A stretch of 32,000 nt of DNA. It comes from Fibrobacter succinogenes subsp. succinogenes S85 (lineage in GTDB: Bacteria > Fibrobacterota > Fibrobacteria > Fibrobacterales > Fibrobacteraceae). The notes beneath the pieces were generated by a model, which was given only the letters and a program-made list of their open reading frames with translations, did no database searches and had not been told where the DNA came from. Shown in pieces: positions 6,609 to 15,226 of this stretch (the first letter of the stretch is position 1; every line of letters begins with the position of its first letter). Made by a program: the position numbers and the translations under genes. The DNA is taken from assembly GCF_000146505.1 (NCBI RefSeq), contig NC_017448.1, positions 180,001-212,000 of the forward strand, in the 5' to 3' direction.

Positions 6609-8300
6609 CTCGGCAAAGTATTCCTTGGCCTTGGCGATAACGTCTTCGACCTTGACCATGGTGAACTGCTTTTCGTTGCGGAACTTCCATTCAACTTCGC
6701 CGTTTGCGAGGCCCTTCTTGCCGATGGCGATACGCACCGGAGAACCCCAGAGGTCAGCGTCCTTGAACTTCACGCCCGGACGTTCGTCGCGATCGTCGAC
6801 GAGCACGTCGATGCCGGCAGCTTCGAGTTCCTTTTCGAACTTTTCTGCAAGTTCCATGAGTTCTGCTTCCTTGCCGATCGGTACGATTTCCACTTGGAAC
6901 GGAGCGATGGACTTGGGCCAAATCGGTCCGAAGTCATCGTGGCTGTTTTCCACGACGGATGCCATCAAGCGGCCCACGCCGATGCCGTAGCAGCCCATAA
7001 TGGCCGGAGCGGTCGTCTTTTCTGCGGTGAGGAACTTAGCGCCCATGGATTCAGAGAACTTGGTGCCGAGCTTGAAGATATTACCCATTTCGATGCCGCG
7101 TGTTTCGGTGAGGAGTTCACCGCAGCAGGGACACTTGCAGACTTCGGAAGCTTCTGCGATGTCCGCCACTTCGAACTTCGGGAAGTCGCGCTTCGGGTTG
7201 CAATGCTTGAAGTGGAAGCCTTCTTCGTTTGCGCCCGTGACGAGATCGAAGGAATCTGCGATGGCTTCGTCCACGATGATGCGCGTATCGTGAGAATTGA
7301 TCGGGGATGCAAAGCCCGGAACCATGCCGCAAGATTTGATGAGGCTGTCTTCGGCCGGATAGAGTTCCTTGGCCTTCAAGAGGTTGTGGAGCTTGATTTC
7401 GGAAACGTCGAGGTTGCCCGGAACCACGACCGTGATGAGCTTGCCTTCGAAGTCGAAGAACACGCACTTGGCAGTAGATTCTGCCGGAACGTTCAGGAAC
7501 TTGGTGATTTCTTCGATGCTTTCGCTGTTCGGCGTTGCAACCTTTTCGAGGGCTGCGTTCTCGTCGCCCTTGAACGGCACGCGCTGGAACTTCGCGATTT
7601 CGCGGTTGGCCTGGTAGCCGCACTTCTTGCAGAGAATCAAGTAGTCTTCACCGTTCGGAGTGTCGAGCATGAATTCGTGAGCGACCTTACCGCCCATGAT
7701 CCCCGTATCACTCTGCACCACCACCGGTTCAATGCCCACGCGACGGTAGATGCGGAGGTAGGCGTCGTATTCTTCCTGGTAGTGACGGTCGAGGTCTTCC
7801 TGGCTGGTGTGGAAACTGTAAGCATCCTTCATCAAAAATTCGCGGACGCGGATAAGACCGCCGCGAGCACGAGCTTCGTCACGGTACTTGGTCTTGAACT
7901 GGTAGAGCATCACCGGGAGCTGCTTGTAGCTGTTGAGCACGTAGCGCACGAGGTCGGTCATGGCTTCTTCGTGCGTCATGGCGAGCACCATGTTGTGGTT
8001 GTTGCGGTCCTTGAAGCGGAGGAGTTCTTCGCCAATAGCCTGGTAACGGCCAGATTCGCTCCAAAGTTCAGCGGTCTGCACCACCGGCAAGTCCACTTCG
8101 ATACCGCCAATCTTGTTCATTTCTTCGCGGATGATGTTTACGATCTTCTGGATGACGCGGTAACCGATCGGCATCATGGAATAGATACCGGTAGAAACAG
8201 GCTTGATATAGCCGCCGCGCATGAGGAAGATGTGGGAGGGCATGGTGGCATCGCTCGGCGTTTCGCGGAGCGTGACGTAAAAGTACTTGGAGAGTTTCAT
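6606..8300 (-). CDS. proS: Proline--tRNA ligase (bacterial type with INS editing domain)
   Basis: 564 aa. MKLSKYFYVTLRETPSDATMPSHIFLMRGGYIKPVSTGIYSMMPIGYRV, class II motifs KYRDEARARGGLIRVREFLMKDAYSF and GCYGIGVGRL, an INS-like insertion, and a C-terminal anticodon-binding region. Confidence 0.95.
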   Translation of the reverse strand: MKLSKYFYVTLRETPSDATMPSHIFLMRGGYIKPVSTGIYSMMPIGYRVIQKIVNIIREEMNKIGGIEVDLPVVQTAELWSESGRYQAIGEELLRFKDRNNHNMVLAMTHEEAMTDLVRYVLNSYKQLPVMLYQFKTKYRDEARARGGLIRVREFLMKDAYSFHTSQEDLDRHYQEEYDAYLRIYRRVGIEPVVVQSDTGIMGGKVAHEFMLDTPNGEDYLILCKKCGYQANREIAKFQRVPFKGDENAALEKVATPNSESIEEITKFLNVPAESTAKCVFFDFEGKLITVVVPGNLDVSEIKLHNLLKAKELYPAEDSLIKSCGMVPGFASPINSHDTRIIVDEAIADSFDLVTGANEEGFHFKHCNPKRDFPKFEVADIAEASEVCKCPCCGELLTETRGIEMGNIFKLGTKFSESMGAKFLTAEKTTAPAIMGCYGIGVGRLMASVVENSHDDFGPIWPKSIAPFQVEIVPIGKEAELMELAEKFEKELEAAGIDVLVDDRDERPGVKFKDADLWGSPVRIAIGKKGLANGEVEWKFRNEKQFTMVKVEDVIAKAKEYFAE

Positions 8301-8358
8301 TGTTTTTGCCTTTTAAAATTTTACGGGCTAAATTTAGTTTTTTTTGTATTTTTCGGTC

Positions 8359-9477
8359 ATGGAATTTTTAAACCATTTGCGGGAAAAAGCCGCAGTGAAA
8401 AAAATTGAAAAGTTCATCCCGGCGATTGCTTTTTTGGGCGGGTTCAGCTGGGATTCTATGACCATAGGACACAAAGTTTACGGAAGGGACTTAATCCTGT
8501 TGTCGTTCTATTATTTGATTGCTCTAGTCTCGATATTTTTCATTGCGACAAAAAGCGTTGTTAATGAAGATGATAAAACCGAAATTGAATCATCTTTTTT
8601 CAGCAGGATTTTAAATCACGAATGGCCTTCGTCTTGGATTGACCGATTGACCTGGGCTGTACAGTTTTGCTTTGGCAACCTTTATAGTGCGCTAGTTATT
8701 TGCTATTTCAAAAGCTCCGGATCCATTGCGTCTTTTACCATCGTTTTATTCCTAGTTGCGCTCCTTATCGGTAACGAATTTCTGAAACAGAAATATGAAA
8801 AGTTTGGAGTCAGCCTTGCGTTCTTTTGTCTGCTCGGAACGATGTTCTTCAATTTTTTAATCCCGCACTTGGCTCACGAGATGGGGGCTTTCTGGTTCTT
8901 TTTAAGCACAATCATTTCAGCGGGAATATGTTACTTACTTTGGTTTAAATCAGAGCGCCATAAGAGAACTCTTGTTGCGCCTATTTCCATAAGTGTCGTC
9001 TTATCCGTTGCGTATATTGTCAATTGGATTCCTCCGGTGCCACTAATTGTGAAACAACAAGTTGTGTGTAAAAATTTTGACAACGAAACATACTCGTGTG
9101 ATGCGGATCGGCTCAATTTTTGGCAACGAAATGGATTCTCTAAGGCGACTATCCATAAAGACGAGGGTGACGAAGTTTATTTTATGTCCTCTGTTTATGG
9201 ACCGGCAGAACTCAAGGCCCCTGTTGAATTCCGATGGTACTACGAGGAACCGTCCACAGGAAAGTTTAAATTGACGGACAAGATTTCGTCAAGCAGGATG
9301 GTCATTCGCGGTGGGCGAGATGCTGGCTATCGCAGCTATTCAAAAAAGAAAAATATCCCGACGGGGGATTATCGCGTAGAAACAGCATATAAAGATGGAG
9401 CTGTTATCGGCTCAACTTCGTTTAAAGTACTCGAAGGAATGCCTAAAAATGGTTTTGTCCGTGATTCCCTACGCTAA
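8359..9477 (+). CDS. Multi-pass membrane protein with a C-terminal beta-rich domain (DUF2914-like)
   Basis: The track ORF starts at TTG 8344. I prefer the ATG at 8359 (MEFLNHLREK). There are several hydrophobic helices, then a soluble C-terminus (...EFRWYYEEPSTGKFKL...GDYRVETAYKDGAVIGSTSFKV). From memory this resembles DUF2914. The family assignment is tentative. Confidence 0.6.
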   Translation: MEFLNHLREKAAVKKIEKFIPAIAFLGGFSWDSMTIGHKVYGRDLILLSFYYLIALVSIFFIATKSVVNEDDKTEIESSFFSRILNHEWPSSWIDRLTWAVQFCFGNLYSALVICYFKSSGSIASFTIVLFLVALLIGNEFLKQKYEKFGVSLAFFCLLGTMFFNFLIPHLAHEMGAFWFFLSTIISAGICYLLWFKSERHKRTLVAPISISVVLSVAYIVNWIPPVPLIVKQQVVCKNFDNETYSCDADRLNFWQRNGFSKATIHKDEGDEVYFMSSVYGPAELKAPVEFRWYYEEPSTGKFKLTDKISSSRMVIRGGRDAGYRSYSKKKNIPTGDYRVETAYKDGAVIGSTSFKVLEGMPKNGFVRDSLR

Positions 9478-9503
9478 AAATATGTATATTAAGACGCAAA
9501 AAT

Positions 9504-9532
9504 AGGAATGGGTGCATTCCTAAAGATTTTTT
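9504..9532 (+). terminator. Weak terminator-like hairpin
   Basis: Stem AGGAATG / CATTCCT, loop GGTG, then AAAGA and T6. The spacer before the T-run weakens the call. Confidence 0.35.
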
Positions 9533-9551
9533 GACTTAGGAGTCTAAAAAA

Positions 9552-10871
9552 ATGAAACTGAAAAAGATTGCTCTTGGTGCCGCTGCCCTTGCCCTTGTTG
9601 CTTGTGGCGAAGCCCAAAAACCGATTGCAAAAGCTGCCGCCATTACACCGGATTCCGCAGACGAACAGAAATTTGCGTACATGCTTGGCGCTCAGTTCGG
9701 TCTCCAGAACTTTTCGAATCTTCCTTGGCAGACTGGCTATGGTATTGATGAAGATGCTACTGTCCAGGCATTCCGCGATGCTATTGCTAGCTTGAACGAT
9801 ACGACTGCAAAGCTCCAGCTCCCGCAGGATACTCTCGCCGCTGTCAGCAGACGTATCCAGCAATCTATGCGTGAACGTTATTTCAAGACTCAGCCGGATT
9901 CTACTGCTAAGGATTTAACAGATGAACAGCGCCGCGCTCTTGTTGATTCGCTTCGCAAGGCTTTGCCGGTTGAAGCCGCTCCGGCTGTCAAGAACGAAAA
10001 GGTGACACTCCAGGCAAACGCATCTGAACAGCAGAAGTTCTCCTATGTTGTTGGTGCTCAATTCGGTAATCAGTTCTTCAGCATTGGTAACCAGTTCCAG
10101 ACTCAATTTGATGGAGATTACTTTGTGCTCGGTCTCCGTGATGCTGGCAAGCGTGTTCGCGATACCACGTTCACAATGACTCTTCCGGATGATACTTTGA
10201 AGGCTGTCGGCGACCGCTTTATGGAAAAGTCGAAGCTGATTAACGAAGAAAGGATGAAGAAGGCTAAGGCTGAAGAAGAAAAGCTCAAGGCCGAAGTCGC
10301 TTCTCTCCGTGGCGATACGCTTGCAAACGGCATGCCGGCCAAGATGAATTTCAAGGTGAAGGCATCCGGCATTACGGTGAAGAGCGAAGACTTGAGCGAT
10401 TTTGCAGGTAAGCCGCTCCTCATGTTCTACTTCTCTGCAACTTGCGGTCACTGCGCACACGCTGCTCCGCAGATTCTTGAAATCGCAAAGGAATTTGCTC
10501 AGAAGGGCCTCACAACAGTTTCTATCGCTAGCGGTGGAAACAACAAGCCGGGCATTCGCCGCTTTATTGACGACGCCAAGTTTGACGAAACGATTAGCGT
10601 TGTTTGGGACGAATCCCGTCAGTTCGGTGAACTCTACAGCGATGGCTACGTTCCGAAGGTCTACCTCGTGAATCCGAACGGCACTTACAAGCAGTATGCC
10701 GCCTTTGAAAAGGAAAAGGAAGACTTGAAGAAGGAAATCGCTGAACTCCTCAACGGCAAGAACGTTGAATGGAAGATTGAAGTCAAGAAGCCCGAAGCTG
10801 ATTCCGCCAAGGCTCCTGAAGTAAAGCAGGATGCCAAGAAGGATACCAAGTCCGCTAAGGCCAAGAAGTAA
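9552..10871 (+). CDS. Lipoprotein with two FKBP_N-like domains, a coiled coil and a thioredoxin-fold domain (CGHC)
   Basis: 439 aa. Signal and lipobox MKLKKIALGAAALALVAC. Two repeats of the pattern seen N-terminal to FkpA/Mip PPIases (EQKFAYMLGAQFG...VQAFRDA... and EQQKFSYVVGAQFG...VLGLRDA...). Then KKAKAEEEKLKAE, then LMFYFSATCGHCAHAAPQ...YVPKVYLVNPNG (TlpA/redoxin-like). The C-terminal tail is Lys-rich. Confidence 0.7.
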   Translation: MKLKKIALGAAALALVACGEAQKPIAKAAAITPDSADEQKFAYMLGAQFGLQNFSNLPWQTGYGIDEDATVQAFRDAIASLNDTTAKLQLPQDTLAAVSRRIQQSMRERYFKTQPDSTAKDLTDEQRRALVDSLRKALPVEAAPAVKNEKVTLQANASEQQKFSYVVGAQFGNQFFSIGNQFQTQFDGDYFVLGLRDAGKRVRDTTFTMTLPDDTLKAVGDRFMEKSKLINEERMKKAKAEEEKLKAEVASLRGDTLANGMPAKMNFKVKASGITVKSEDLSDFAGKPLLMFYFSATCGHCAHAAPQILEIAKEFAQKGLTTVSIASGGNNKPGIRRFIDDAKFDETISVVWDESRQFGELYSDGYVPKVYLVNPNGTYKQYAAFEKEKEDLKKEIAELLNGKNVEWKIEVKKPEADSAKAPEVKQDAKKDTKSAKAKK

Positions 10872-10913
10872 GCCAAATTTTCTTGTGCAGGCCATTGAGC
10901 CTTCATTGCCTTT

Positions 10914-10948
10914 GAACGCATCTCGTAACGCGGGGTGCGTTCTTTTTT
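10914..10948 (+). terminator. Rho-independent terminator
   Basis: Stem GAACGCA / TGCGTTC around a 15-nt loop, followed by T6. Confidence 0.6.
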
Positions 10949-11036
10949 GTAGTGCGTTTTTATATAGCCGAAAACCCCATAAATTTCTAAATTGCGGAAA
11001 AAATCGCATATCGTCTGAATCGCAAAAGAAAAGTCT

Positions 11037-12938
11037 ATGATTATCGCAGAATTTGATGTTGTCGTCGTCGGTGGCGGTCACGCCGGTATTGAAGCCACGC
11101 ATGCCGCATGGAAGATCGGTGTCAAAACCGCCATGCTTACGATGGATTTGAACGCAATTGGCAGAATGTCATGCAACCCGGCTGTTGGTGGCGTTGCTAA
11201 AGGTCAAATTGTTCGCGATATCGATGCTCTCGGTGGCCTTATGGGGCTTTTGACCGACAAAGCGGGCATCCAGTTCCGCATGCTCAACATGAGCAAGGGA
11301 CCCGCCGTTTGGGGACCGCGTGCGCAGTGCGATATGAAGTATTACAGCGAAGTCGCCCGCGAGACGATGGAAAGCTTGCCAGGACTCACGCTGATTCAAG
11401 GCGAACTTGCTTCATTTGAACGTATGAACGACGGTCGTTTGGAACTGATTCTTTTGAATGGCGACCGCTACATTACGCGTGCGATTGTGGTGACGAGCGG
11501 AACCTTCCTTGCCTCCAAGATGTTCACCGGGCTTGAAACGAGCATTGGTGGGCGAGTGGGCGAGCCGAGTGCAGACAAACTTTCGGAATGCCTTGCAAAA
11601 AATGGCATCCGCTTGCGCCGCCTAAAAACAGGCACGCCAAGCCGCTTGGATCCAGATTCTATTGACTTTAACGAATGCGACGTGCAGCACGGCGACGAGC
11701 ATCCGTGGCCGATGAGCGACCGCCATTTTGACGGAGCAACGCCTGATAAGTTCTGGGGTGACCAGATTAACAAGTTTATCCGCAATGATTGCGTCTGCTG
11801 GATTACGCGCACGAACATCAAGACGCACGATATTCTGCGCAGTGGCTTTAAGGATAGCCCGATGTTCAGCGGCCGTATCCACGGCAAAGGCCCGCGCTAC
11901 TGCCCGAGTATTGAAGATAAAATCAACCGTTTTGGCGACCGCGACGGACACCAGCTATTCCTCGAACCGGAACAGGCTGACATCGGACGTGTGTACATCA
12001 ACGGTTTCAGCTCAAGCCTGCCGGCAGACATCCAGCTTGCCGCCATCCACACGATTCCGGGCCTTACCCGCGCAAAAGTGCTCCAGATCGGTTACGCTGT
12101 GGAATACGATTCAGTTGATGCAACGCAGCTTTACCCGACGTTTGAATGCAAAAATGTTCCGGGACTCTACTTTGCTGGTCAGGTCTGCGGCACAAGCGGT
12201 TATGAAGAAGCCGCTGGTCAGGGCCTTATGGCAGGCATCAACGCTGCGCTCAAGGTCAAAGGCGAAGAACCGTTCATTCTTGGACGCTCCGAAAGCTATC
12301 TCGGCGTGATGGTCGATGACCTTGTGAATATTTTGCTCGACGAACCGTACCGCATGTTTACAAGCCGTGCCGAATACCGTCTGTTCCTCCGCAGTGACAA
12401 TGCCGAAATGCGCCTCAAGGAAAAGGCTCGCAAAATCGGCATGATCAGCGACCGCGATTGGGAAGACTGGACTCGCCGCCGCGACCTTATGGCAAGTCTC
12501 AAAACTCAATTTACGGAAACGTCTGCCACGCCGGAAGAAGCGAATACGATTCTTGAAGCGGGTGGTCAGGCTCTTGCCTCCGAACGCACCCGCTGGATCA
12601 ACGTGCTTCGCCGTCCGGGAATTGATCCCGAAACATTCTTCAAGGTAGCCGCGCCAGACGCTAATATCACACGCCGCGACCAGTGGTACATGTATGCCGA
12701 AGAACTCTATGCTGGTTTTTTCGACCGCCAGGAACGCGAAATTGACGACCAGAAGAAGATGGAAAAGGTCAAGCTCTCGCCGGACTTCGATTACATGTCC
12801 ATTACGGCCATCAGCATTGAAAGCCGCCAGCGCCTCAACGCCCACAAGCCGCTTACGCTTGGGCAGGCAAGCCGCGTGCCTGGAGTGCGCCCCGCAGACA
12901 TCACCGTCCTCGCGCATTGGCTGGATTCTAGAACTTAG
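11037..12938 (+). CDS. mnmG: tRNA uridine-5-carboxymethylaminomethyl(34) synthesis enzyme MnmG (GidA)
   Basis: 633 aa. FDVVVVGGGHAGIEATHAA, GRMSCNPAVGGVAKGQIVRDIDALGG, GPRYCPSIEDK, and AGQVCGTSGYEEAAGQGLMAGINA are all hallmark MnmG segments. Confidence 0.95.
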   Translation: MIIAEFDVVVVGGGHAGIEATHAAWKIGVKTAMLTMDLNAIGRMSCNPAVGGVAKGQIVRDIDALGGLMGLLTDKAGIQFRMLNMSKGPAVWGPRAQCDMKYYSEVARETMESLPGLTLIQGELASFERMNDGRLELILLNGDRYITRAIVVTSGTFLASKMFTGLETSIGGRVGEPSADKLSECLAKNGIRLRRLKTGTPSRLDPDSIDFNECDVQHGDEHPWPMSDRHFDGATPDKFWGDQINKFIRNDCVCWITRTNIKTHDILRSGFKDSPMFSGRIHGKGPRYCPSIEDKINRFGDRDGHQLFLEPEQADIGRVYINGFSSSLPADIQLAAIHTIPGLTRAKVLQIGYAVEYDSVDATQLYPTFECKNVPGLYFAGQVCGTSGYEEAAGQGLMAGINAALKVKGEEPFILGRSESYLGVMVDDLVNILLDEPYRMFTSRAEYRLFLRSDNAEMRLKEKARKIGMISDRDWEDWTRRRDLMASLKTQFTETSATPEEANTILEAGGQALASERTRWINVLRRPGIDPETFFKVAAPDANITRRDQWYMYAEELYAGFFDRQEREIDDQKKMEKVKLSPDFDYMSITAISIESRQRLNAHKPLTLGQASRVPGVRPADITVLAHWLDSRT

Positions 12939-12986
12939 AGCTTAGTTTCATTTCTAAGTTCTAAGAGCGAAGCGGTCTAAGTTCTA
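12929..12986. repeat. Word repeats CTAAGTTCTA (one inverted, two direct) around a GCGAAGC mini-hairpin. The element overlaps the mnmG stop.
   Basis: TAGAACTTAG at 12929-12938 contains the TAG stop. CTAAGTTCTA lies at 12954-12963 and at 12977-12986. The two direct copies are separated by AGAGCGAAGCGGT. Confidence 0.45.
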
Positions 12987-13070
12987 CCAACTACTAGGCC
13001 ACTTGCTTTTTCCCGATTTTTTACTATCTTTGCGCCCGTCAACTTAAACAATTTTCCAAGAGGTATATAT

Positions 13071-13379
13071 ATGGCAGAAGAAGCAGAAGTCAAATCCACA
13101 GAAGAAGTTAAGCCTCAGGAAACAAAATCCCAAGAAAAATCTCAAGTAAAGAAGGCTCCGTCCAAGAAAAAGCGCCCGTTCAACGGCAAGCGCAAGGGTG
13201 GTGCTCCTGCTGCTGCAAAGAAGCCGGCTGTCTTTAGTGATTCCCTGGAAGATCGTTTCCCCAACCTTGCTGCAAAGCTCAAGAAGTCCATCGAAGATGG
13301 TATCAAGCAGAAGATCAAGGACGCTCAGAACGATCCGAAGGTCAAGGCCGCCTCTAAGAAATTTGCTAAGGACAAGTAA
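13071..13379 (+). CDS. Small Lys-rich, probably disordered protein (hypothetical)
   Basis: 102 aa. Strong RBS (AAGAGG), its own downstream terminator, and coherent codon usage. The sequence is acidic at the N-terminus, then KKAPSKKKRPFNGKRKGGAPAAAKK and KQKIKDAQNDPKVKAASKKFAKDK. I recognise no family. Confidence 0.55.
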   Translation: MAEEAEVKSTEEVKPQETKSQEKSQVKKAPSKKKRPFNGKRKGGAPAAAKKPAVFSDSLEDRFPNLAAKLKKSIEDGIKQKIKDAQNDPKVKAASKKFAKDK

Positions 13380-13404
13380 TCTTACTTCTCAAAATCTTTT
13401 GAAA

Positions 13405-13430
13405 ATGCTCCGCGCAGCGGGGCATTTTTG
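13405..13430 (+). terminator. Rho-independent terminator
   Basis: ATGCTCCG / CGGGGCAT stem (one G-T pair), loop CGCAG, followed by TTTTT. Confidence 0.7.
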
Positions 13431-13501
13431 CTTTTATAAAAAGCGCGGCAAAGCCTCAAGTTAGTTGCCAAATACCCCTTCAATAGTTAACTTTATCATG
13501 T

Positions 13502-13577
13502 CTACGGGAGCTCGTAAAACGGGCTGAGAGGAAGTTGAAAACTTCGACCGAACCTGATTTGGATAATGCCAACGTAG
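13502..13577 (+). promoter_or_regulatory. TPP (THI-box) riboswitch
   Basis: P1 is CTACG...CGTAG. The conserved cores GGGCTGAGAG and ACCGAACCTGATTTGGATAATGCCAACGTAGGGA match the TPP aptamer consensus (CUGAGA, ACCUGAU, GGAUAAUGCC). It lies directly upstream of thiS. The SD GGGAGG abuts the 3' strand of P1. Confidence 0.9.
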
Positions 13578-13587
13578 GGAGGTTCCA

Positions 13588-13794
13588 TTGAACTCAAATC
13601 CAGTCAAAATCAACGGTGAAAACGTCGCGGCAGCAGGCATGACCATTGCCGAATATTTGGCGTCCGCAAATTACGATACAAAACGCATCGCCGTTGAGCG
13701 CAATTTGGAAATCGTCCCCAAATCAAAGTATGCTGAGGTCGTCCTCGAAGCGGGGGATGTCGTCGAAGTTGTGAACTTTGTTGGAGGCGGGTGA
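13588..13794 (+). CDS. thiS: Sulfur-carrier protein ThiS
   Basis: 68 aa, ending in VNFVGGG (C-terminal Gly-Gly). TTG start 5 nt after GGGAGG. First gene after the TPP riboswitch. Confidence 0.85.
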   Translation: MNSNPVKINGENVAAAGMTIAEYLASANYDTKRIAVERNLEIVPKSKYAEVVLEAGDVVEVVNFVGGG

Positions 13795-14438
13795 TGGAAA
13801 GCGTTCGAATCCCGAGCAGGGAAGAGTTCCGACGCGCACTCGTACAAAAGCAAGGCGAAGAAATTGTTCAAAAATTGGAACAGGCCACAGTTGCCATCTG
13901 TGGTGTAGGTGGACTCGGCTCAAACGTCGCCATCAATCTCGCTCGCGCGGGCATCAAGAAGCTCATTCTCGTGGATTTTGACCGTGTTGACGTGACGAAC
14001 TTGCAACGCCAGCAGTACAAGGCATCTCAGGTTGGAGAGCCTAAAGCGTTTGCGCTCGTCGAAAATTTGAAAGAAATAGCACCGTACACAGAGTTTGAAG
14101 CGTACGACGAAAAAATCACGGAAGAAAACATCGACAAGTTCGTGGCTAACGCTGATGTTGTCTGTGAAGCGTTCGACAATCCCGAAGCAAAATCAATGCT
14201 TGTAAACGCCGTGCTTGAAAAGTATCCGCAAAAGTATCTCGTGGCAGCCTCTGGAATGGCAGGCACGGACGATGCGAATTCCATCAAGACGCGTAAGATT
14301 TCAAAACATTTTTACCTCTGTGGCGATGGCAAGAGCGACGTGACTCAAGGACTTGCGCTCCTCGCTCCACGCGTGCAGATTTGCGCAGCGCATGAGGCGC
14401 TCACGATTATCCGGATTATTGCCGGTCTAGAAGTTTAA
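13794..14438 (+). CDS. thiF: ThiS adenylyltransferase ThiF (short form)
   Basis: Has [41 protein letters not shown] (E1-like nucleotide-binding fold). The ATG at 13794 overlaps the thiS TGA. A GTG at 13791 is an alternative start. Confidence 0.85.
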   Translation: MESVRIPSREEFRRALVQKQGEEIVQKLEQATVAICGVGGLGSNVAINLARAGIKKLILVDFDRVDVTNLQRQQYKASQVGEPKAFALVENLKEIAPYTEFEAYDEKITEENIDKFVANADVVCEAFDNPEAKSMLVNAVLEKYPQKYLVAASGMAGTDDANSIKTRKISKHFYLCGDGKSDVTQGLALLAPRVQICAAHEALTIIRIIAGLEV

Positions 14439-14448
14439 CATAAAGGAC

Positions 14449-15225
14449 ATGCAAATGAATTCTGACAAACTTGTTATTGGCGGTCATGAATTTGATTCTC
14501 GTTTTATTCTCGGTTCTGGAAAGTATTCCCTCAAGCTCATTGAAGCTGCGGTCAAGGATGCAGGCGCTCAAATTGTAACGCTTGCCGTTCGCCGTGCAAA
14601 CACGAAGGAACACGAAAACATCCTTGACTACATTCCGAAAAATGTTACGCTTTTGCCGAATACGTCGGGCGCCCGCAATGCCGAAGAAGCAGTCCGCATC
14701 GCAAGACTCTCCCGTGAACTTGGTTGCGGTGACTTTGTGAAAATCGAAATCATGCGCGATACCAAGTACTTGCTCCCGGACAATGCCGAAACGATCAAGG
14801 CCACCGAAACGCTTGCAAAGGAAGGCTTTGTGGTGATGCCTTACATGTACCCGGATTTGAACGTGGCTCGCGACCTCGTGAATGCCGGTGCCGCCGCCGT
14901 GATGCCGCTTGCATCACCGATTGGTTCGAACAAGGGGCTTTGCACGAGAGACTTTATCCAGATTTTAATTGACGAAATTGAACTCCCGATTATCGTGGAT
15001 GCTGGCATCGGTAAACCGTCCGAAGCTTGCGCCGCCATGGAAATGGGCGCTGCTGCTATTATGGCGAACACCGCTCTTGCAACAGCGGGCGACATTACGC
15101 AGATGGCATCAGCATTCAAGCTCGCCATTGAAGCGGGCCGCAAGGCTTACCTCGCCGGGCTTGGCCGAGTGCTTTCCCGTGGTGCATCAGCATCCGATCC
15201 GCTCACAGGATTCTTGAGGGATTAA
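14449..15225 (+). CDS. thiG: Thiazole synthase ThiG
   Basis: 258 aa. [48 protein letters not shown], and [13 protein letters not shown] second ATG at 14455 has better spacing to the AAGGA RBS. Confidence 0.93.
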   Translation: MQMNSDKLVIGGHEFDSRFILGSGKYSLKLIEAAVKDAGAQIVTLAVRRANTKEHENILDYIPKNVTLLPNTSGARNAEEAVRIARLSRELGCGDFVKIEIMRDTKYLLPDNAETIKATETLAKEGFVVMPYMYPDLNVARDLVNAGAAAVMPLASPIGSNKGLCTRDFIQILIDEIELPIIVDAGIGKPSEACAAMEMGAAAIMANTALATAGDITQMASAFKLAIEAGRKAYLAGLGRVLSRGASASDPLTGFLRD

Positions 15226-15226
15226 G

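Noticed and set aside
6564-8408. 614-aa plus-strand ORF overlapping proS
   Set aside because: It is antisense to a full-length, motif-complete prolyl-tRNA synthetase. Its translation is repetitive (H/V/F/E/A-rich) with no family signature. Same shadow-ORF explanation.
10831-11040. 69-aa ORF across the spacer between the thioredoxin-lipoprotein gene and mnmG
   Set aside because: It starts inside the upstream gene in another frame and reads through a terminator hairpin. It has no RBS, and its composition is Pro/Ser/Arg-rich noise.
9915-11102. 395-aa minus-strand ORF spanning the thioredoxin-lipoprotein gene, its terminator and the mnmG start
   Set aside because: It crosses an intergenic terminator and two well-supported plus-strand genes, and has no recognisable domains. 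Shadow ORF.
13801-13813. GCGTTCGAATCCC, which resembles a tRNA T-loop
   Set aside because: It lies inside the thiF reading frame. The flanking bases cannot form a 5-bp T-stem, and no acceptor or anticodon arms are evident.
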